Source: an uncultured Christensenellaceae bacterium
GTDB lineage: Bacteria; Bacillota; Clostridia; Christensenellales; UBA3700
Reading direction: 5' to 3'
NCBI GenBank assembly: GCA_944381345.1
Contig: CALWKU010000080.1
Coordinates: 2,891 to 66,890 of the forward strand
DNA: 64,000 nt
Position 1 is the stretch's first letter, and each line of letters opens with the position of its first letter. The notes under the pieces were generated by a model. The model had not been told where the DNA came from and did no database searches. It worked only from the letters and a program-made list of their open reading frames with translations. This document shows positions 27,417 through 38,288 of the stretch, piece by piece. The position numbers were made by a program, and so were the translations under genes.

Positions 27417-28436
27417 ATGAAACAGAAGATCGACAATCTGATCGCTGCGGCGAAGTCGGACATCGAGGCGTGCGTCTCGGTCAACGATATCGCGGCGGTC
27501 AAAGTCAGGTATCTGGGCAAAAGCGGCGAGCTGACCGCGCTTTTGCGCGGGATGAAAGACGTCCCCGCCGACCAAAAGCCGCAGATAGGCAAGTACGTCA
27601 ACGAGGCTCGAGACGTTATAACCGCGCTCACGGAGGACAAACAGCGCGTACTCGAGGCGCAGCGGACGGAAAGCCGTATGCGAGAAGAGAGCATAGATGT
27701 AACATATGCGGAACGCGACGGTTCGCTCGGCAGTCTGCATCCTTGCACTCTTGTCAAAAACGAGATCGTGGACATCTTTACGTCGCTCGGTTTCAAGGTC
27801 GCAAAAGGCCCCGAGATAGAGCTTGACTTCTTCAACTTCCAAGCGCTCAACATTCCCAAAGATCATCCGGCAAGGGATATGCAGGATACGTTTTATATCG
27901 GCGACGACGTGCTTCTCCGCACGCACACTTCGCCTGTCCAGGCGCGCACGATGATGAACGAAAAGCCGCCGATCGCGATCGTAGTTCCCGGCAAGGTCTA
28001 TCGTCCCGACGACGACGCGACCCACAGTCCGATGTTTCAGCAGATAGAGGGTCTTGTAGTCGACAAACACATCACGCTTTGCGATCTCAAAGGCACGCTG
28101 ACGCTGTTTGCGAAAGAGCTGTTCGACAGGAATACTAAGACGCGTTTCCGACCGTCCTATTTCCCGTTTACCGAACCCAGCGTGGAAGTGGACGTCACTT
28201 GTTCGCAATGCCACGGCAAGGGATGCAGGCTTTGCCACGGCACGGGCTGGATAGAGGTACTCGGCGCGGGTGTAGTAAATCCCAAAGTGCTTGAAAATTG
28301 CGGCATTGACTCGTCCGTTTACAGCGGTTATGCGTTCGGTATGGGCATAGAGAGGATAACAATGATCAAGTACGGCATTCCCGACATGCGCATTTTGTTT
28401 GAAAACGACACGCGTTTCTTGAGAAGTTTCAGGTGA
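27417..28436 (+). CDS. pheS: Phenylalanine--tRNA ligase alpha subunit
   Basis: The class II motifs (FRPSYFPFTEPS, GAGVVNP..., GYAFGMGIERI) are present, with a GGAGG SD. Confidence 0.97.
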   Translation: MKQKIDNLIAAAKSDIEACVSVNDIAAVKVRYLGKSGELTALLRGMKDVPADQKPQIGKYVNEARDVITALTEDKQRVLEAQRTESRMREESIDVTYAERDGSLGSLHPCTLVKNEIVDIFTSLGFKVAKGPEIELDFFNFQALNIPKDHPARDMQDTFYIGDDVLLRTHTSPVQARTMMNEKPPIAIVVPGKVYRPDDDATHSPMFQQIEGLVVDKHITLCDLKGTLTLFAKELFDRNTKTRFRPSYFPFTEPSVEVDVTCSQCHGKGCRLCHGTGWIEVLGAGVVNPKVLENCGIDSSVYSGYAFGMGIERITMIKYGIPDMRILFENDTRFLRSFR

Positions 28437-28444
28437 GGTGAGAT

Positions 28445-30841
28445 ATGAAAGTTTCGTTGAGTTGGCTCAAAGACTTTGTAGACATAGACGTCCCCGTGCA
28501 GGAGCTTGCCGACAGACTCGTCTCCGCAGGTTTCGAGGTCGAGGAGATAATAGATAAGAGCGCCGAGATTCGCAACGTCGTACTTGGCAAGATAGTCAAG
28601 ATGACCCATCATCCCGACGCGGACAAGCTGTGGATTTGTTCGGTCGATATAGGAAATGGCGCGCCCGTTCAGATCGTCACAGGCGCACAGAATCTCACCG
28701 AAGGCGACCTCGTGCCCGCCGCGCTCGACGATTCCTATCTGCCGGGCGGTAAGCACATCAAGACTGGCAAGCTTCGCGGCGTAGAGTCGTGCGGCATGCT
28801 TTGTTCGGGCGAAGAACTCGGGTTGTCCGAAAGCGATTACAAGGGCGCGGGCGTATACGGAATCCTCGTGATGAACAAGGAGACCGCGCCGCTCGGAACA
28901 GACATAAACAATGTACTCGGCAATGACGACATCATTCTCGACATCGGCGTTACAGCCAACCGCAGCGACTGCAACAGCGTACTCGGCATAGCGCGCGAAG
29001 TTTCCGCAGTGCTCGGCAAGCCTCTGCGGATGCCGGAGATTGGCTTCAAGTGCGTCAAAGACAAAGTCGCGGACAAGATATCCGTTGAAGTTAAAGCTCC
29101 TCAGCTGTGCCCGAGATATATGGCTGCCGCCGTGTCCGACGTCAAGATTGTGCCTTCCGACGAGACGATCGCAAGACGTCTCCGCAGCGTGGGGCTTCGT
29201 CCGATAAACAGCATCGTAGACATTACCAACTATGTGCTTGTCGAGATAGGGCAGCCTATGCACGCGTTCGACGCACACAAGCTCCAAGGCGGCAAGATCG
29301 TCGTCCGCACCGCCAAAGACGGTGAAAAGATAGTCGCGCTAGACAACAAAGAGTATGCGCTCGATCCATCGATGGTGGCGATCTGCGACGAGGTCAAACC
29401 TTGCGCTATCGGCGGAGTAATGGGCGGCAGCAACAGCTGTATCGACGAAAACACAAAAGACATCGTCTTTGAAAGCGCAAAGTTTATGCGCGACAACATC
29501 CGCCGTACTTCGCGCAAGCTCAATCTGCACAGCGACTCATCTTTCCGTTACGAAAGGGGGATCGATACTGACAGCCAGCGCCTCGGGCTTATGCGCGCGC
29601 TGACGTTGATAGACAAGTTCGGTTACGGCAAGATATCCGACGGCGTCGTCGACGCGTTCGCCGCTCCGCCCAAGCGCGAAAATGTCAGCGTGCCGTTGAC
29701 CAAGATCGCCGACATTCTCGGCATAGTTGTTCCCGAACAAGACATTATGAACATACTGTCCTGTCTCGGGCTTTCGCCGAAGATAGAGGGCGGAGTGCTG
29801 ACGGTTGAGCCGCCGCTTTTCCGCGACGATATCGAAAACGCCAACGACATCGCCGAAGAGATCATTCGTATGTACGGTTACGATCACATCGAAGAGACGC
29901 TTATCGGCGACAAAGAGCAGACTTTGGGCGGCAAGCCCGACGCGCTCAAAGCCGAGGACGTCATCAAAGAAATATGCGTGGGTGCGGGATACAGCGAGAC
30001 GTTGACCTATTCGTTCACGAGCGAAAAAGGTTTTGACGTGCTGCGTCTGCCGGAGGACGCGACCGAGCGCAAATGCGTCAAATTGCTCAATCCGCTCGGC
30101 GAAGACACCTCGGTCATGCGCACGACGCTTGTCTATTCGGCGCTCAACGCGCTTGCGTCAAACGCGCTCAAAAACATCAAAGAGGCAAAGTTGTTCGAGA
30201 TCTCGGCTGTCTATCTTCCGAAGGCGTTGCCGTTGACCGAACTGCCCGAAGAAAAGGACAGGCTGGTCATTGCCGCCTACGGAGAAAAGTACGACTATTA
30301 TGCGCTCAAAGAGGTTGTCGACAAGATCCTCTATAAGTTCGGCGTCTCGCCGATAGTGCGCCGCTCCGGCGCGCCGTGGCTGCACGCAGGCAGAGGCGCT
30401 GATCTGTTTGTCGGCAAGTTTGCGATCGGCTCGCTCGGAGAGGTACATCCCGACGTAGCAAAGGCTTTGGACGTAAAACAGCGTATGTATGCAGCCGAGA
30501 TAGATATAGAGAGTCTGCTCAGATACCGCAGCCGCGGATATAAGTTCACGGAGACGGGCAAGTATCCGCCTATCGAGCGTGACATCGCCGTAGTCGTGGA
30601 CGAGAACGTCGAGGCGGCAAAGATACTCGAATGCGCGAACAAAGCCGCGGGCAAGGCATTGAGAGAGGCGAAGATATTCGATATATACCGTTCGGACGCG
30701 CTTGGCAAAGGCAAAAAGAGCGTCGCGGTCAAACTTGAATTCCGCTTACCGGACCGCACTCTGACCGATGAGGAGGCGCAGACGGCGACCGACGCCGTAT
30801 TGCAAAAACTCGCAAAAGATACGGGCGCGGTCCTGCGCTGA
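28445..30841 (+). CDS. pheT: Phenylalanine--tRNA ligase beta subunit
   Basis: MKVSLSWLKDFVDI leads into a tRNA-binding OB domain, B3/4 and B5 domains, and a C-terminal FDX-ACB domain. The length is 798 aa. Confidence 0.97.
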   Translation: MKVSLSWLKDFVDIDVPVQELADRLVSAGFEVEEIIDKSAEIRNVVLGKIVKMTHHPDADKLWICSVDIGNGAPVQIVTGAQNLTEGDLVPAALDDSYLPGGKHIKTGKLRGVESCGMLCSGEELGLSESDYKGAGVYGILVMNKETAPLGTDINNVLGNDDIILDIGVTANRSDCNSVLGIAREVSAVLGKPLRMPEIGFKCVKDKVADKISVEVKAPQLCPRYMAAAVSDVKIVPSDETIARRLRSVGLRPINSIVDITNYVLVEIGQPMHAFDAHKLQGGKIVVRTAKDGEKIVALDNKEYALDPSMVAICDEVKPCAIGGVMGGSNSCIDENTKDIVFESAKFMRDNIRRTSRKLNLHSDSSFRYERGIDTDSQRLGLMRALTLIDKFGYGKISDGVVDAFAAPPKRENVSVPLTKIADILGIVVPEQDIMNILSCLGLSPKIEGGVLTVEPPLFRDDIENANDIAEEIIRMYGYDHIEETLIGDKEQTLGGKPDALKAEDVIKEICVGAGYSETLTYSFTSEKGFDVLRLPEDATERKCVKLLNPLGEDTSVMRTTLVYSALNALASNALKNIKEAKLFEISAVYLPKALPLTELPEEKDRLVIAAYGEKYDYYALKEVVDKILYKFGVSPIVRRSGAPWLHAGRGADLFVGKFAIGSLGEVHPDVAKALDVKQRMYAAEIDIESLLRYRSRGYKFTETGKYPPIERDIAVVVDENVEAAKILECANKAAGKALREAKIFDIYRSDALGKGKKSVAVKLEFRLPDRTLTDEEAQTATDAVLQKLAKDTGAVLR

Positions 30842-30855
30842 CGCACCGAAACGAC

Positions 30856-30881
30856 GCGCGCTCCGAAAGGGGCGCGCTTTT
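30856..30881 (+). terminator. Rho-independent terminator after pheT
   Basis: GCGCGCTCC-GAAA-GGGGCGCGC followed by TTTT. Confidence 0.85.
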
Positions 30882-30894
30882 GTCTGCAATAGAC

Positions 30895-30923
30895 TTGCGC
30901 CCGCGCGCAAAAAAGGATATAAT
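30895..30923 (+). promoter_or_regulatory. Sigma-A-type promoter abutting the U32 start codon
   Basis: TTGCGC, a 17-nt spacer, then TATAAT (30918-30923). ATG 30930 lies 6 nt downstream. Confidence 0.5.
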
Positions 30924-30929
30924 CGAGAT

Positions 30930-33161
30930 ATGGAATTATTGGCTCCCGCAGGGACTCCCGCATCGCTTTTCGCCGCAGTCGCGGCGGGTGCGGACGCCGT
31001 ATATTTCGGTTTGGGCGAACTCAACGCCCGAGCAAAGGCGCAGGGCTTTGACGAAAGCAACGTCAAAGACCTGATCGATTATTGCCATCTGCACGGGGTC
31101 AAATGTCATATCACACTCAACACCATGCTGAAAAACGGCGAGGAGAGTACGCTAGTGCGCCTTGCCAACTCTGCCGCTTCGGCAGGGGCGGACGCGTTCA
31201 TCGTTGCGGACATAGGCGTGGCGAGGCTGCTGTCACGGCTCGATGTGCCTCTTCACGCCAGCACACAGATGGGGGTGCACAATCTCGAGGGCGCGAGATA
31301 TCTCGAAAGATACGGTTTCACGCGCGTCGTCACTTCGCGAGAGACATTGCTTGAAGACATTGAGAAGATCAAGAAAAACACTTCGCTCGAAGTCGAGTAT
31401 TTCGTACACGGCGCGCTGTGCGTCGCGTTCAGCGGCGCGTGTCTGATGTCCGCCGCGCGCAGCGGAGATAGCGGCAACAGAGGCAGATGTTTGCAGCCGT
31501 GCCGTATGAGATATACGAGTTCGTTCGGCAAGTCGGGGTATCTGCTGTCGCCGTCGGACCAATGTCTGATCGCAAAGCTCGGAGAGCTGGAAGAAGCGGG
31601 GGTAGACAGTCTCAAAATAGAGGGCAGGCTCAAACAGCCGCACTATGTTTATGCTGCGGCGTCCGCATATCGCGCGGCTCTCGACGGCAAGCGCGTGACC
31701 CGCGGGGATATAGACGAATTACAGCGTGCGTTCAACCGGGGCAACTTCACCGAGGGCTACAACTTTGCAGACACGCGCGCAATCATGTATCCTAAGGTGC
31801 AGAACAATATCGGCGTGACGATCGGAGAGGTCGTTTCAGCGTCCAAAAGCGAGATCAAAGCGCGCATAACGGAGAGCATAAACGTCGGAGACGGGCTGAA
31901 ATTGCTTACCGCGGACGGCTACGAGCGCGGCGGTTTTGAGGCGCGTGCGGCAGCGCAAAGCGGCAACGCGGTCAAATTGAGCGTGCCGAGGACGTTGACG
32001 GCGCAAAAAGGCGACCTCATCGCCAAAACTTTGGACGTCGAGCAGGTAAAGAGAGCGGTCTCCGCGCCTGTTCCGGTCAAAGTCGGATTGAGCGCGAGGG
32101 CATACGAGGGCGAGCCGTTCGAGATCGAACTCCGCTCCGGCGAAGTCGCCGTGCGGGCGCATGGTGAACGCGTAACGAAAGCCGAAGCACACCCTCTCGA
32201 CAAGCGCACGTTGGCAAACGCCGCAAACAGACTTGGCGCAAGCGGTTTTGCCGCGGTCTCGATAGACGCAGAGTGCGGGGATGGCGTGTTTGTGCCGATG
32301 AGCGAGATCAACAGAGTGCGGCGCGCCGCCTGCGATATGCTTAGGGGCGCGCTTGCCGACAGGTATAATGCCTCTCGTCAGCGCGCGAAAATATGCGCGC
32401 CCTATGCGTCTGAAACGATGGCTTTGGACGCGTTGTACGAGGTGGGCGACATGAGCGGTGCGGACGTGTCGGTCCGTTCGCTCGCGGTCGCGCCGAATGC
32501 GTTCGGCAAAGAGGACGCCGCCCGGCTCAAAGAGGAGTGCAAGAGGAGGGATGTAAAAGTATTCTGCCGTCTTCCGATGATCGTTCGAGGAGCGGATATG
32601 GCGATGCTACGCGCCTATCTCGAAGAAGTCAACGAGGTGCTGTGTGGGTATATCTGCGACAATTGGTATGCGCTCGAACTTGCGCGGGAATACAGCAAAC
32701 CAGCGATCGCGGGACAGCGCATGAATATTGCCTCCGACGACGCGTTTGCCGCGAGCGGCGCGAACGCCGCGATAGCTTCGGCTGAATTGTCTTACGCAGA
32801 GGTGCGCCGCCTCGGATTCGACGCGCTTTGTTATACGGTAGGCGATTTGACTTTGATGACTTTGACGCATTGTCCGATCCGCCTTAATACAGGCTGCGGA
32901 TGCGGAGACTGCAAGTATGACGGGGACTTTTATTATGCCGACAAGGCGGCTCGATACCGCATTTCGCGCACAAAACTATCGCATTGCACGTTTGACTTGC
33001 ACAATCCGTCGATCGTATGCGCGCCGCCTAAATTTCGCGACGAGACAAGACAATTCGTCTCTCTCGTCGGGACGGGACTGACATTGTCGCAATACTTTGC
33101 CGATCCGTATTTAACAGGCAGAGACAAGACGGCGGGTTTGCTGTCGAGAGGTGTCAAATGA
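30930..33161 (+). CDS. U32-family peptidase (collagenase-like / RlhA-TrhP family), long form
   Basis: MELLAPAG...AGADAVYFG.., the HV(K)xHITLNT pattern, and the E..GVDSLKIEGR U32 signature are present. The upstream 54 codons of the track ORF overlap the pheT terminator and are rejected. Confidence 0.85.
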   Translation: MELLAPAGTPASLFAAVAAGADAVYFGLGELNARAKAQGFDESNVKDLIDYCHLHGVKCHITLNTMLKNGEESTLVRLANSAASAGADAFIVADIGVARLLSRLDVPLHASTQMGVHNLEGARYLERYGFTRVVTSRETLLEDIEKIKKNTSLEVEYFVHGALCVAFSGACLMSAARSGDSGNRGRCLQPCRMRYTSSFGKSGYLLSPSDQCLIAKLGELEEAGVDSLKIEGRLKQPHYVYAAASAYRAALDGKRVTRGDIDELQRAFNRGNFTEGYNFADTRAIMYPKVQNNIGVTIGEVVSASKSEIKARITESINVGDGLKLLTADGYERGGFEARAAAQSGNAVKLSVPRTLTAQKGDLIAKTLDVEQVKRAVSAPVPVKVGLSARAYEGEPFEIELRSGEVAVRAHGERVTKAEAHPLDKRTLANAANRLGASGFAAVSIDAECGDGVFVPMSEINRVRRAACDMLRGALADRYNASRQRAKICAPYASETMALDALYEVGDMSGADVSVRSLAVAPNAFGKEDAARLKEECKRRDVKVFCRLPMIVRGADMAMLRAYLEEVNEVLCGYICDNWYALELAREYSKPAIAGQRMNIASDDAFAASGANAAIASAELSYAEVRRLGFDALCYTVGDLTLMTLTHCPIRLNTGCGCGDCKYDGDFYYADKAARYRISRTKLSHCTFDLHNPSIVCAPPKFRDETRQFVSLVGTGLTLSQYFADPYLTGRDKTAGLLSRGVK

Positions 33162-35512
33162 CAACCGAAAAGACGTTGAAAACTTTGGAGTTCGACAAGA
33201 TATGCGCCGCTGCGGCGGCATATGCGGACAGCCCGCGCGGAGCGTCGGCTGTGACGGCTAGCACGCCGTCGCCGCGCCTTGACGAGGCGCTCGACAAGCT
33301 TGAATATACGCGTCAGGCGTTTTGTGCGATGTACGATATGTTGGTCGCGCCGTCGCTTGCGGTCGACGACGTTTCGGAGATAGTCGCCGCGCTCGGCAAA
33401 CAGGCGGTGTTGTCTCCGTCGGATCTTCTGAAAATCGCAGGGTTGCTGCGCTGCGCGTCGTCGTTTGCCTCGGTAGAGCAAAAACTGCCTAGAGACGGCT
33501 ACGGCAAGATACGCGACGCGGCTGCGTCGCTCTATTTCAACGGCGCGCTGCGCGAGGACATCGAAAAATCGATCGTGGGAGACAATGAGATCGCCGACGG
33601 CGCAAGCGCAAAACTTTTCGACATCCGCCGCGACATCCGCGACATAAACGCCAAGATACGCGCCAAGCTCAATTCCTATGTCTCCGGCGCAGCGTCAAAA
33701 TATTTGCAGGACAACGTGATTACGGTGCGCGCGGGCAGATTCGTGCTTCCGGTGAGGTCGGAATACCGCGCTCAGGTCCCGGGACTTATACACGACCGCT
33801 CTGCGAGCGGAGCGACGCTGTTCATCGAGCCGTTTGCTGTTGTTGAGCTGAACAACGATCTTCGCGCTTTGCAGGCGGACGAGCAAAACGAGATAGAGGC
33901 GATCTTGACCGCGCTGTCATTCCGCGCGTCCGAGTGTGCGGAAGGTTTGGAGCGGGACGCGGAAGTACTTGCCGAGGCGGACAGGGCGTTCGCTTTGGCG
34001 AAGTATGCGCGCGCGACGCGCTCTACGCTTCCCAAACTCAACGACAAGGGCGTCACGGACATAAAGCGCGGCAGACACGTGCTTATCGACCCCGAAAAAG
34101 TCGTTCCTATCGACGTAAGGCTTGGTAAAGATTTCGATATATTGCTGATTACAGGACCTAACACCGGCGGCAAGACGGTCACGCTCAAATTGGTCGGACT
34201 GCTGTCGGCTATGGCGGCAAGCGGTTTTTTCGTACCGTGCGCGGACGACAGCGAGCTGTCCGTATATGACGGGATATATTGCGACATAGGCGACGAGCAG
34301 AGCATCGAACAGAGCCTGTCTACCTTTTCGTCGCATATGAAAAACCTGATCGACATCACCTCCGCCGTAGACGAAAACTCGTTGGTCCTGCTTGACGAAC
34401 TCGGCGCCGGGACCGATCCCGCCGAGGGCAGCGCGCTCGCGATAGCGGCGATGGAATATCTGCGCGCCGAAAAGTGCCGCTGCATAATTACCACACATTA
34501 CGGCGAACTCAAAGAATACGGCTATACGCACGACGGCATTGAAAACGCGTCAATGGACTTCGATCCCGAGACATTCGCGCCGGTTTACAAACTCATGATC
34601 GGAGTTTCAGGCTCGTCGAACGCTATCAAGATCGCTCGGTCGCTCGGATTGAAAGAGGAGATCGCATTGCACGCCGAATCCTTGATAGGCGACGAAAAGA
34701 GAAGTTTCGACCATATCGTCGCGTCCGCGGAGGCAAGCAGACGCGACGCCGAAAAACTCAAAGAGGACGCGTACAGGCTGAATGCGGAAGCCGCCGCGGA
34801 ACTCAAAGCCGCGCAAGAGGAACGCAAAAAGGCTCAAGTGGCGCGCGAAAAGTTGGAGGCAAAGACGTCCAAGCATGCGCGCGAACTGCTTGCCGAATAC
34901 ACGGACAAGGCGGACGAATTGATCGAGCGCATCAAAGAAGAAGTAGCAAAAAGCGACGAGCGAGCTTTGTTTGAGGCGCGTCGATTGAAGAGGGCATTGA
35001 CGGGATTGGAGCGCGGCGAAACCCCCGACATTCCGCAAAAGCGCAGACGGATAGGCGGAGAGATCGAGGTGGGAGACAGAGTTTATATCCCGAAATTGAA
35101 ATGCGAAGCAAACGTGACGTCGATCGACAGAGAGCGCGATAGATACGGCGTCGCCGCCGGCGTGATCCGCACAGAAGTCAAGCGCAGAGATATCGAGCGC
35201 CTTGCGGCAGGCGAACCTGAAAAGCCGGCAAAGGCGCGATACACCTCGCCCGCTACCGCATACGAGGGCTGTCCCAAAGAACTCAACGTCATCGGCATGA
35301 CCGTGGACGAGGCGGTAGCCGAACTCGACAGATATTTGGACAGAGCGGCGATGTGCAACTATTCGGAAGTACGTATAGTACACGGCAAGGGAAGCGGCGC
35401 GCTGCGCGCGGGAATACGCAAATATCTGGACAGGCTGTCGTATGTCAAGGGCTACAAGTCGGCGGCTTACGGCGAGGGCGACAGCGGCGTCACGGTCGTG
35501 GAGCTGAGATGA
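33158..35512 (+). CDS. mutS2: Endonuclease MutS2
   Basis: It has Walker A GPNTGGKT, LLDELGAGTDP and a C-terminal Smr domain (VRIVHGKGSGALR). The ATG overlaps the U32 stop. Confidence 0.95.
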   Translation: MTTEKTLKTLEFDKICAAAAAYADSPRGASAVTASTPSPRLDEALDKLEYTRQAFCAMYDMLVAPSLAVDDVSEIVAALGKQAVLSPSDLLKIAGLLRCASSFASVEQKLPRDGYGKIRDAAASLYFNGALREDIEKSIVGDNEIADGASAKLFDIRRDIRDINAKIRAKLNSYVSGAASKYLQDNVITVRAGRFVLPVRSEYRAQVPGLIHDRSASGATLFIEPFAVVELNNDLRALQADEQNEIEAILTALSFRASECAEGLERDAEVLAEADRAFALAKYARATRSTLPKLNDKGVTDIKRGRHVLIDPEKVVPIDVRLGKDFDILLITGPNTGGKTVTLKLVGLLSAMAASGFFVPCADDSELSVYDGIYCDIGDEQSIEQSLSTFSSHMKNLIDITSAVDENSLVLLDELGAGTDPAEGSALAIAAMEYLRAEKCRCIITTHYGELKEYGYTHDGIENASMDFDPETFAPVYKLMIGVSGSSNAIKIARSLGLKEEIALHAESLIGDEKRSFDHIVASAEASRRDAEKLKEDAYRLNAEAAAELKAAQEERKKAQVAREKLEAKTSKHARELLAEYTDKADELIERIKEEVAKSDERALFEARRLKRALTGLERGETPDIPQKRRRIGGEIEVGDRVYIPKLKCEANVTSIDRERDRYGVAAGVIRTEVKRRDIERLAAGEPEKPAKARYTSPATAYEGCPKELNVIGMTVDEAVAELDRYLDRAAMCNYSEVRIVHGKGSGALRAGIRKYLDRLSYVKGYKSAAYGEGDSGVTVVELR

Positions 35513-35970
35513 ACGGCTGTTATCGGAGAGAATATCCCGATACGCGGGCTTCGTTTAAGAGAACGGTGCTGCTTGCGGCCGCTCTGTTTTGCGACGTGCT
35601 GACTCTTGCGTTCGCGGTCAGGGCGTTCGCGGGGGCGTATCTGTATTTTGTCGGCGCGGGATGTTCGGTCGCGGTGTCGATCGCGCTGAGGCTGCTCTCG
35701 CTGCGATTCGGCAGAACGTGGCAATACGTATTTGACAAACAGAAGCTTACGGTAGCGCTCAAATATCCGAATAAGAGCGTCACAGCTCTCGTATTGGAAC
35801 GGGGCGGCTTTACGCTTTGCGGCGCGGCGGACGGAAATTGTCCCAAACTTGCTCCCGATCCTTGCGAATGCGCACTTTATATGGTAAAATTATCGGACGG
35901 ACGAAGATTTGCGCTTGCGCTCAACGATTATATGCTGGCGCTCGTCGACGAACTTTCGTTTAAGGAGTGA
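35509..35970 (+). CDS. Hypothetical small membrane protein, translationally coupled to mutS2
   Basis: ATGA overlaps the mutS2 stop. It has two predicted TM helices (VLLAAALFCDVLTLAFAV.., YFVGAGCSVAVSIALRLL). I recognise no family. Confidence 0.5.
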   Translation: MNGCYRREYPDTRASFKRTVLLAAALFCDVLTLAFAVRAFAGAYLYFVGAGCSVAVSIALRLLSLRFGRTWQYVFDKQKLTVALKYPNKSVTALVLERGGFTLCGAADGNCPKLAPDPCECALYMVKLSDGRRFALALNDYMLALVDELSFKE

Positions 35971-35971
35971 T

Positions 35972-37117
35972 ATGGTCTATCTCGACAATGCCGCGACTAC
36001 GGCGATGTATCCCGAGTGTCTCGACGACATACGCAAGTACGGAATCGAGGAGTTCTTCAATCCGTCCGCTTACTATGCTCAGGCGGGCGTCAACGCGCAC
36101 GTCGTCGATAAAGCGAGAAAGATCGTCTTGTCCGCGCTCGGCGCGCCGGACGGGGCGAATTTGATCTTTACCGCGTCCGGGAGCGAGGGCGACAACATCG
36201 CTTTGCGCTGCTGTCTCAAAAAGAAAAGGGGGACGATCGTCGTCTCCGCGCTCGAACACGCAGCCGTGTTCAACACCGCCAAAGCTCTCGAAGCGGAGGG
36301 ATATACGCTCAAGATCGCCGAATGCGACAAGAGCGGAGCTGTCGTCGAGGACAAGCTGTACGAATTGCTCGACGACGACACGGCGTTAGTTTCGGTCATG
36401 CACGTCTGCAACGAGACCGGCGCGCTCAACGATGTCAAAAAAATTGCCGCAACGGTAAAAAAACGCTGTCCGCGCTGCGTCTTTCACAGCGACGGAGTGC
36501 AGGCGTTCCTCAAAGTCCCGTTTTCGCTGTCCGGCAGCGCTATAGATCTTTATACGATCAGCGCGCACAAGGTACACGGACCTAAGGGGGTCGGAGCGCT
36601 CTATCTCGCGCCCGGCGTCAACGCGTCCACTTTTGTTTACGGCGGAGGACAGGAGTTCAATCTGCGGTCGGGGACCGAGAATGTGCCCGGCATAGCGGCT
36701 TTTGCTGCGGCGGTAGCCAAGGGCAGAGAGCTACGTGTGTCAAAGGCGGAAGTGTGCGCGCGCCACAAGCGCGCGATCGTCGACTTTTTGGAGGCAAATT
36801 ACGGCGGTAAGGTGCGCGTTGCCACGAACGTAGACCGCAGCGCGGGAGGCATTCTGCACTTTTCGTTTGAGGACGTGCGCGGCGAAGTCATGGTGCATTC
36901 GCTTGAAAAGAAAGGTTTTTTGGTGGGAACGGGCAGCGCCTGTTCGTCCAAAAAGGCTCAAAAGCGCATCCCCGACGCGCTCGGGCTTTCCGGCGGCTAT
37001 TCCGAGGGCGCGATCCGCGTCAGTCTGGACGGTACCGAGAGCGACGACGAGATCGCCGCATTTTGCGACGCGCTCGACGATTGCCGCAAAGTACTTGAAA
37101 AATATGCGAGGGTATAA
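35972..37117 (+). CDS. Class V cysteine desulfurase (NifS/IscS-like, paired with thiI)
   Basis: VYLDNAATT.., the PLP-lysine context ISAHKVHGPKG, and the active-site loop GSACSS are present. An AAGGAG SD precedes the start. Confidence 0.9.
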   Translation: MVYLDNAATTAMYPECLDDIRKYGIEEFFNPSAYYAQAGVNAHVVDKARKIVLSALGAPDGANLIFTASGSEGDNIALRCCLKKKRGTIVVSALEHAAVFNTAKALEAEGYTLKIAECDKSGAVVEDKLYELLDDDTALVSVMHVCNETGALNDVKKIAATVKKRCPRCVFHSDGVQAFLKVPFSLSGSAIDLYTISAHKVHGPKGVGALYLAPGVNASTFVYGGGQEFNLRSGTENVPGIAAFAAAVAKGRELRVSKAEVCARHKRAIVDFLEANYGGKVRVATNVDRSAGGILHFSFEDVRGEVMVHSLEKKGFLVGTGSACSSKKAQKRIPDALGLSGGYSEGAIRVSLDGTESDDEIAAFCDALDDCRKVLEKYARV

Positions 37118-37118
37118 A

Positions 37119-38288
37119 ATGCAAAAGGTTTTGTTGTTACGTTTCGGAGAGATCTTTCTCAAAGGCAAAAACCGCAGCTATTTTGAAAAGCTGCTCGTCG
37201 AAAACATAAAAGCCGCGCTCGGCGCTATGAAATATTCGTTCGCCAAGACGCACAACCGTTACTATATCGAAGATTTTGACGAAGAGGAGACCGAGGAGTT
37301 CAAAAAGAAACTCAAAAGGGTATTCGGGCTGCATTCGCTCAGCGAGGCATACAAGGTGCGCACCGACTATGACGCGATAGGCGAGGCGGCGATGGCGTTC
37401 GCGCCGGAGGGTAAAACATCATTCCGCGTCACGGTCAATCGCGCAGACAAGTCTTTGGACAAAAATTCCGCTCAAATTGGCGCGGATATCGGGGGATACG
37501 TGCTTGACAGACGTCCCGAATACAAAGTAGATCTTTCGCATCCGGAACTCAACATAAAAGTAGACATCCGCGAAAACGGATTCGCCTACGTGTTCGCGTC
37601 GACCGAGGACTGTGCGCAGGGTATGCCCGTGGGCTGTTCGGGCAACGGGATGCTGTTGCTGTCGGGAGGATTCGATTCGCCCGTCGCAGGTTACAGAATG
37701 GCGAGGCGCGGCATGCGAATAAAGGCGATACATTACCATTCATTCCCGTATACGAGCGAACAGGCAAAGCAAAAAGTTGTCGACCTCGCGCAGGTACTCA
37801 GCGGATATGCCGGACCGATCGACCTCTTTGTCGTTCCGTTCACCGACATACAGTTTGCCATCCACGAAAAGTGCAGACCCGACTATATGATCACGATCAT
37901 GCGCAGGATTATGATCATGATTGCCGAAAGAGTCGCGCGTGAAAACGGCTGCGGAGCGATGATCACGGGCGAAAGTTTGGGACAGGTCGCGTCGCAGACG
38001 CTCGAGAGCCTTACCGTAACCGAGGACGCGGTGGTCTGCTTGCCCGTGTTCCGTCCTCTGATCGGAACGGATAAATACGAGATAATGGATACTGCGGCGG
38101 AGATAGGCACATACAAACTGAGCGAACTGCCGTATCAGGACTGCTGTACGGTGTTTTTGCCGCGCAATCCAGTGATCAAGCCGTCCGTCGCTACGGCGCG
38201 AAGAGAACAGGCAAAGATAGAAAATCTGGACGAACTTATCGACAAGGCGATCGCCAACATAGAGAAGATAGAGATCGGAAAATATTGA
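37119..38288 (+). CDS. thiI: tRNA 4-thiouridine(8) synthase ThiI
   Basis: A THUMP region (LLRFGEIFLKGKNR) precedes the PP-loop SGGFDSPVA. It starts 1 nt after the desulfurase stop. Confidence 0.93.
   Translation: MQKVLLLRFGEIFLKGKNRSYFEKLLVENIKAALGAMKYSFAKTHNRYYIEDFDEEETEEFKKKLKRVFGLHSLSEAYKVRTDYDAIGEAAMAFAPEGKTSFRVTVNRADKSLDKNSAQIGADIGGYVLDRRPEYKVDLSHPELNIKVDIRENGFAYVFASTEDCAQGMPVGCSGNGMLLLSGGFDSPVAGYRMARRGMRIKAIHYHSFPYTSEQAKQKVVDLAQVLSGYAGPIDLFVVPFTDIQFAIHEKCRPDYMITIMRRIMIMIAERVARENGCGAMITGESLGQVASQTLESLTVTEDAVVCLPVFRPLIGTDKYEIMDTAAEIGTYKLSELPYQDCCTVFLPRNPVIKPSVATARREQAKIENLDELIDKAIANIEKIEIGKY

Noticed and set aside
30768-30929. N-terminal extensions of track ORFs. They cover the U32 peptidase 30768, thiI 36867, the nifS-like gene 35909, miaB 40137, the PBP 40865, mutS 41873, mutL 44449, miaA 46329, the ynbB-like gene 47233, proC 56380, spoIVB 59638 and spoVAD 24779.
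   Set aside because: The extensions overlap upstream genes or terminators and encode Arg-rich junk. Internal ATGs with an SD or with stop-start overlap give N-termini that match the family consensus.
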